The position numbers and the translations under genes are program-made. From contig CAVQJZ010000007.1 in NCBI GenBank assembly GCA_963712965.1, positions 134,015-198,014 on the forward strand: DNA of 64,000 nt, in the 5' to 3' direction. The notes beneath the pieces are model-generated. The model was not told the origin of the DNA. It searched no databases and saw only the letters and a list, made by a program, of their open reading frames with translations. This DNA comes from an uncultured Pseudomonadota bacterium. GTDB taxonomy: Bacteria; Pseudomonadota; Gammaproteobacteria; DASZBR01. Below, one piece after another: positions 59,094 to 64,000 of the stretch (positions within the stretch are counted from its first letter, which is position 1; the number at the start of each line of letters is the position of its first letter).

Positions 59094-60794
59094 ATGGATA
59101 AAGAACAGATGGAAACACATGCCGTACTCGACCAATATCTATCGCCTCAAGTGAGACATTTTCTTGAAGCGAATTACTATGCCAAAATTAATGACGCCGC
59201 ACGTTTAAGCAACATCATGCGCGATACGAATTTCTTGGCACATCCACTCGAACACTTTTCACTTTCAACAGATCACGGTTTAATTCATGTACGCGATATC
59301 GCAATGAATCTTTTAGATCTCCTCGAACAATTAAATGGCGTTCACTTTCCTAAACGCAATGAGCAACGTTTAAAATTTATGCAAGGCTATGGTGTCATGT
59401 TGGCCTATCTACATGGCTTGGGCATGTTAGATCCTCAATTAATTCAACAAAATTTATGCGCTGAATTTTCAGCCAGCGCTATCTATCAAGAAAAATTAGA
59501 AAAAGAATTGTTTCAATTATGGGAAAGCAACAGCGGCAATGTCGCGTGGCATATTTCGCAACTATGCTACAAAAAAATTCTTACGCAAATGCCACATTTA
59601 ATCTTTCGCGAAATGTTAACGTTGTGTTGCGCGTATGATAAAAAGTATTTAGCTGCCAATTTATTTAATTACCCTGTCGAACTACGTCGCGACATGCAAA
59701 CCAAATTAATGCACTCCACATTTACAAAGAATGCATTAAACCTTTATTACCAAGATTTCGCTCACGATTCTTTTTTATGGCTAGTTGATGAACATAAAGA
59801 AGCGATTGAATTTGCTGAAGATGTGATTGATACGTTGCGCGTACTGCGTTGCGCTAAAGCATCGCGTCAACGTGGCGCACGATTGCGCGCCAATGGCGGT
59901 TATCAAATCTTTCTTGATCAACAAACCGCGCAAGCCGTTTATGCTATTAACGCACAAGATAAATTATATTTACTCAAAAGCAGCAATACTTTACTCGGTG
60001 GCGAAGTCAATTTATCGGGCAGCGAATTCACGCGCGAAGGTGATTTGCGTATTTCGTTTTACCATGGGAAATTCGCAGATCATGCAGCCACTGAAAAAGC
60101 CATTTTTAACGCGGCTGTCGCTATCAACGATGTACAAGAAGATATGCTAGAAAGTTTTGTGCGCGCTAAAGATCACAACCGTAGCACTGATTATTTACGC
60201 AAGTGGCAAACGATTTATATCTTATTAGAAAACTGTGACGACAACCCTGAGTTTAATGACAAAGTTAAACAACAACTGGCCATCCAAAACCCTCATTTAC
60301 ACGATAACGTTCGCTTAGTACCTTCTCTACAAAATGCATCCGCGTTAGAGCGTGAACGTTATCTGAGCGCCAAGGAATTGCCATGGAACCAAAAAGAAAT
60401 GCAAGATTTTGTAGAAAAAGTAGCGCTTTCTGGACACAAGCTTGAAAATATTACACTGGAAAAAGCGTTCACTGATGTCAAATTAGTTCATCTTGAAACA
60501 GGCGAAACATTAATTGAAGTCAACACACCCGCCAGTTTTGTTTATATTCCCTTGCACGATGGGTTAACGGGATATCCTTTAGGCGGTTACCAACCTTTTC
60601 CTTCGCGCGCATTTATTCCGTTGGGCACAACCGGTGTTATTCGCGGTGATCTACGTAACGCCACTGTCGTTGCTGAAAATGCGCTGGACGTTATTATTAT
60701 TCCACGCGAAATTTATATGGCACATTGGGATACCGCTTATTCAGAAGCTGAATTTGTCGGCTTACTCAACACCGGCAAAATTTCTGCGGCGTAA
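59094..60794 (+). CDS. 566-aa protein: degenerate HD-like N-terminal region plus C-terminal cyclic-nucleotide-binding-like (CAP_ED) fold
   Basis: ATG at 59094 with AAGGGAG Shine-Dalgarno. DHGLIHVRD...AYLHGLGML resembles HD motifs with HD changed to HG. The C-terminus ...GETLIE.....FVYIPL.G........PLGTTGVIRGDLRNATVVAENALDVIIIP resembles a cNMP-binding beta-roll. Confidence 0.65.
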   Translation: MDKEQMETHAVLDQYLSPQVRHFLEANYYAKINDAARLSNIMRDTNFLAHPLEHFSLSTDHGLIHVRDIAMNLLDLLEQLNGVHFPKRNEQRLKFMQGYGVMLAYLHGLGMLDPQLIQQNLCAEFSASAIYQEKLEKELFQLWESNSGNVAWHISQLCYKKILTQMPHLIFREMLTLCCAYDKKYLAANLFNYPVELRRDMQTKLMHSTFTKNALNLYYQDFAHDSFLWLVDEHKEAIEFAEDVIDTLRVLRCAKASRQRGARLRANGGYQIFLDQQTAQAVYAINAQDKLYLLKSSNTLLGGEVNLSGSEFTREGDLRISFYHGKFADHAATEKAIFNAAVAINDVQEDMLESFVRAKDHNRSTDYLRKWQTIYILLENCDDNPEFNDKVKQQLAIQNPHLHDNVRLVPSLQNASALERERYLSAKELPWNQKEMQDFVEKVALSGHKLENITLEKAFTDVKLVHLETGETLIEVNTPASFVYIPLHDGLTGYPLGGYQPFPSRAFIPLGTTGVIRGDLRNATVVAENALDVIIIPREIYMAHWDTAYSEAEFVGLLNTGKISAA

Positions 60795-61705
60795 CTATTC
60801 AATGGCAATGGTTTTTTAAGCAATTTATTTTGTGCCATAAATTGTTCAAAACGATTGTATTTATTTTTATGCAATTTACCTGGGTTATTTGCAAAGTCGT
60901 CAAGCGTCTCAAACCAGGCCTTTTGATTTAATGTGTTGTTTAATTCAGGATGCGCCTTGGCAAATAATTGCCAACTTTGTTTAGGATGCGCGTGCAAATA
61001 ACTCACCCCTTCTTGCAACGCCGCTAAAAATTTTGGCAAGCGCGGATCATGCAATTCATTGCGATTAGCCACGATAATTAATTCATCGTGTGGTGGCACA
61101 CCGAATTGTTCGGGATAAAAAACGCGTGGCGCAAACCCTTCTTGTTGTAATTGATACACTTCAAAATTGCGCATTAAACCAATCACCGCATCAACTCGGT
61201 GTGTTAATAATGCTTGAGTTAAATCATAACTAATATTAATTAATTTTACTTGAGAAAGTGAAATATTCGATTGTTGTAACATGGCTTTTAGTACCGCCAA
61301 ATCTTGGTCGCTACCCGAATAACCAATAGTTTTACCTTTCAAATCAGCGATATTTTTAATCGGCCCATGCGCATCGACGACCAAACAATCCAATGGCGTT
61401 TTAATTAAAGTAGCGATACGCACTAATGGCAATCCTTGTTGCACATCGACTAATAATTGTGATTGATAGGTCACGGCCAAATTCGCTTTACCGGCAGCCA
61501 CTAATTTAGGTGGATCAGCAGGATTCGCTGGCCCAATTAATTTTACGTTTAATCCTTGCTGTTTAAAAAATCCTTGTTCTTGTGCCACAAATAATGGCGC
61601 ATGATCAGGATTGGGAAACCAATCTAAAATAACGGTTAATGGTTGTAATGTTTGCGCGAACAAAGATGATGAAAACAATAATAAAAAAACCACCGCTATT
61701 CTCAT
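60737..61705 (-). CDS. ABC transporter substrate-binding protein, NMT1/THI5 (ThiY-like) family
   Basis: Signal peptide MRIAVVFLLLFSSSLFA. LTVILDWFPNPDHAPLFVAQEQGFF is typical of NMT1/THI5-like binding proteins. Confidence 0.85.
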   Translation of the reverse strand: MRIAVVFLLLFSSSLFAQTLQPLTVILDWFPNPDHAPLFVAQEQGFFKQQGLNVKLIGPANPADPPKLVAAGKANLAVTYQSQLLVDVQQGLPLVRIATLIKTPLDCLVVDAHGPIKNIADLKGKTIGYSGSDQDLAVLKAMLQQSNISLSQVKLINISYDLTQALLTHRVDAVIGLMRNFEVYQLQQEGFAPRVFYPEQFGVPPHDELIIVANRNELHDPRLPKFLAALQEGVSYLHAHPKQSWQLFAKAHPELNNTLNQKAWFETLDDFANNPGKLHKNKYNRFEQFMAQNKLLKKPLPLNSYAAEILPVLSKPTNSASE

Positions 61706-62451
61706 TACACTTCCTTTTGCCAACGAATTAAAAACTTAAGACAATAATTCACGCTAAAATAAAGCAACAAACTCCACAATACCAACATAAACAATGCCGC
61801 GAACATCACATCAATTTGCATGCGCGCATTCGCATTTAACATTAAAAATCCCAATCCGCGACTCGCGCCCACCCATTCACCAATCACCGCACCAATCGGC
61901 GCGCAAGCTGTCGCAACACGCATACCGGTAACTAACGCGGGCATTGCTGCAGGCAAACGAATATAACGCAATATTCGCCAACGTGTAGCGCCCATGGTTT
62001 GCGCTAAATCTAAAAATCCAGAATCCGTACGACGCAGGCCATCAAAAAAAGCGCTCGTGACCGGGAAAAATAACATTAATATTGTCGTAACAATTTTTGC
62101 ACTCATGCCATAACCAAACCAAATTACCAACAATGGTGCAATTGCAAACGTAGGCAATGCTTGGCTAATTAATAAAATGGGGGTAAGCCACGCACGCAAC
62201 GATTGAATATAAGCCATTAAAATGGCAATCAAAAATCCTAAGATCACGCCACCAGCTAATCCTAATAACGTTTCAATTATTGTTGGCACACTTTGTGCAA
62301 GTAACAATGGCATTTGGGTAATACAGGTATGAATGACATCTATGGGTGTGGGCAAAATATAAGGCGGCAAATGACCTATGATTACAATGAATTGCCATAA
62401 TGCGAGCAAGCCACATAAGATAATAATTAATCTGATCAGCGCTTTCATCAC
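61705..62451 (-). CDS. ABC transporter permease (SsuC/TauC/ThiX-like)
   Basis: 248 aa, six TM, EAA loop (LDLAQTMGATRWRILRYIRLPAA). Confidence 0.9.
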   Translation of the reverse strand: MMKALIRLIIILCGLLALWQFIVIIGHLPPYILPTPIDVIHTCITQMPLLLAQSVPTIIETLLGLAGGVILGFLIAILMAYIQSLRAWLTPILLISQALPTFAIAPLLVIWFGYGMSAKIVTTILMLFFPVTSAFFDGLRRTDSGFLDLAQTMGATRWRILRYIRLPAAMPALVTGMRVATACAPIGAVIGEWVGASRGLGFLMLNANARMQIDVMFAALFMLVLWSLLLYFSVNYCLKFLIRWQKEV

Positions 62452-63194
62452 GACTCACCTAACTCTTGCAATAACATTGCATGGCGCTCTAACCAAATGA
62501 CATCTTCCATTTGGCGCGGCAATTGTTCATGCAATAACATAGGTTCACTTAATTTTGCAGGTACGCCACGCAACACTAAAATTTGCTGGCCTAAACGCAA
62601 TGCTTCCCATGGATCATGCGTAATTAAAAATACTGTTTTATCGCGTAATAATTCCGCGGCTAGATTTTGCAAATGCAAACGTGTTAATGCGTCTACCGCC
62701 GCAAACGGTTCATCCATCAACACGACAGGCTTATTTTCAAATAAGGTTCTGGCTAACGCCACACGCTGACGCATGCCACCGGATAATTCATATGGTTTTT
62801 TATTTCCAATATCCGGCAAGTTCACGGCGTGTAATAATTCACGTGCACGCGCGATATCATTTTTAGTTATTTTTCCGTGACGCAATTTTGCACCCAAACA
62901 AACATTTTCTTTTGCGCTTAACCATGGCATCAGTAAATCTGTCTGCGCCATATACGCCACCTGATGTTTCAATGATTGCCCATCACTGGTTTGAATATCT
63001 GCTGCTACATTCGCATCCAACGGTAAAAGCCCTGCGAGCATACGCAACAAACTGGTTTTGCCCACGCCACTTGGACCCAATAAACATGTCCATTGACCTT
63101 GAGGCAAAGCAAGCGATAATGCATCGAAAATACACTGGCGTTGATACGTCAGATGCGCATTTTGAATAGTGATTGATGGAGAGGTGATGTTCAT
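62448..63194 (-). CDS. ABC transporter ATP-binding protein (ThiZ/SsuB-like)
   Basis: 248 aa. Walker A GPSGVGKTS, LSGGMRQR, Walker B VVLMDEPF. Confidence 0.92.
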   Translation of the reverse strand: MNITSPSITIQNAHLTYQRQCIFDALSLALPQGQWTCLLGPSGVGKTSLLRMLAGLLPLDANVAADIQTSDGQSLKHQVAYMAQTDLLMPWLSAKENVCLGAKLRHGKITKNDIARARELLHAVNLPDIGNKKPYELSGGMRQRVALARTLFENKPVVLMDEPFAAVDALTRLHLQNLAAELLRDKTVFLITHDPWEALRLGQQILVLRGVPAKLSEPMLLHEQLPRQMEDVIWLERHAMLLQELGES

Positions 63195-63226
63195 TTCGGC
63201 AATCTTAATCCCATAAAGGAAAAATT

Positions 63227-64000
63227 ATGTTTGAACTTGGTATTCGCTGTGATCATTTACTCACGATGGCACAAGGTAACACAACTCTCTTGCGCGATCA
63301 TTTTTTGGGTATTCAACAGGGAAAAATTACCCTCATCCAACCCTGGCAAGAAAATTTTCGCGAACAATCGCAACAATTCATTGAAACAAAAAATCAATTA
63401 GTCATGCCAGGATTAATCAATGGCCATTGCCATGCGGCCATGAGTTTGTTTCGTGGACTTGCCGAAGACCAAACATTTGAATATTGGCTACATCAAGTGA
63501 TTTTACCGCTGGAAGCAAAATTTGTTGATCGTGACTTTGTCCGAACAGGTGTGGAATTAGCGTTACTCGAATCTATTTACAATGGCGTAACCACCATTGC
63601 TGATATGTACTTTTTTATTGATGCCGCCGCAGAAATCTTTCATCGCGTTGGTGTACGTGGTCTTTTAGTAGAATCTATTTCCGATTATCCAAGCCCTGAC
63701 AATAAAAACCCGCAAGATAATTTGCATTATCAAATTATCGAAAAAACATTGCATGACTTCAAACAACATCCATCTATACACCTTGCCGTAGGCGTGCACG
63801 CACCTTACAGTTGCAGCAACGAAACACTAACTAAAGCACGGCGTTTTGCACAACAACATGACTTACGACTGTATTCACATGTCGCTGAAGCCACGTTTGA
63901 AATAGAAAGTTCGCTAAAAAAATATCAACAAACACCGGTTGCACGTTACGCTCAATTAGGTTTATTAGATCAAGGCATGTCGCTCGTCCATTGCGTGCAT
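63227..64000 (+). CDS. Amidohydrolase-superfamily deaminase (MtaD / TRZ-ATZ-like); 3' end lies outside the window
   Basis: Not in the ORF track because there is no stop in the window. ATG 63227 with AAAGGA Shine-Dalgarno. MPGLINGHCHAAMSLFRGLAED metal-binding HxH motif. Confidence 0.85.
   Translation, partial: MFELGIRCDHLLTMAQGNTTLLRDHFLGIQQGKITLIQPWQENFREQSQQFIETKNQLVMPGLINGHCHAAMSLFRGLAEDQTFEYWLHQVILPLEAKFVDRDFVRTGVELALLESIYNGVTTIADMYFFIDAAAEIFHRVGVRGLLVESISDYPSPDNKNPQDNLHYQIIEKTLHDFKQHPSIHLAVGVHAPYSCSNETLTKARRFAQQHDLRLYSHVAEATFEIESSLKKYQQTPVARYAQLGLLDQGMSLVHCVH

Noticed and set aside
63195-63226. TPP (THI-box) riboswitch upstream of the ThiXYZ-like ABC operon
   Set aside because: The spacer is only 32 nt and is shared with a divergent amidohydrolase gene, leaving no room for a ~100-nt riboswitch. 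The substrate assignment (HMP/thiamine precursor) therefore stays tentative.

Overview
AT-rich chromosomal segment that looks like a Legionellales (Coxiella/Rickettsiella/Legionella-like) gammaproteobacterium. That assignment is inferred from gene content only. The core is a compact Dot/Icm type IVB secretion cluster (icmX, a small PT-rich secreted protein, icmW / icmV, dotA, a Sel1-repeat gene / dotB, dotC, dotD; 13.8-22.3 kb). Around it sit housekeeping blocks: serS; lptM-lysA-dapF-rdgB; tsaD; hemJ; rsmG-parA-parB; rsmD; glpK; ftsY; rpoH; atpIBEFHA; tRNA-fMet-rimP-nusA-infB-rbfA; rlmL-metNIQ; and a ThiXYZ-like ABC importer. Several classical gammaproteobacterial syntenies are visibly broken: mnmG-rsmG-parAB-atp, rsmD<>ftsYEX-rpoH, atpA-atpGDC and rbfA-truB. 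The breaks are filled with accessory material. This includes four large orphan proteins with eukaryotic-like or repeat architecture (609, 1496, 622 and 1205 aa) that are candidate Dot/Icm substrates. It also includes five toxin-antitoxin-type modules (HipBA, two PIN/Phd pairs, a Gp49-HigB/XRE pair, an Rpn nuclease) and three families of short palindromic or MITE-like repeats. Notable non-coding signals are a perfect CIRCE (HrcA) operator upstream of rpoH, operator-like palindromes at three TA promoters, and a REP-like palindrome inserted in frame inside rlmL. The most novel-looking candidate is a GT-C-like polytopic membrane protein translationally coupled to icmX, next to Pro/Thr/Ala-rich exported proteins, in one transcription unit that runs on into rsmG-parAB. 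No rRNA, CRISPR array, integrase or IS transposase was seen.
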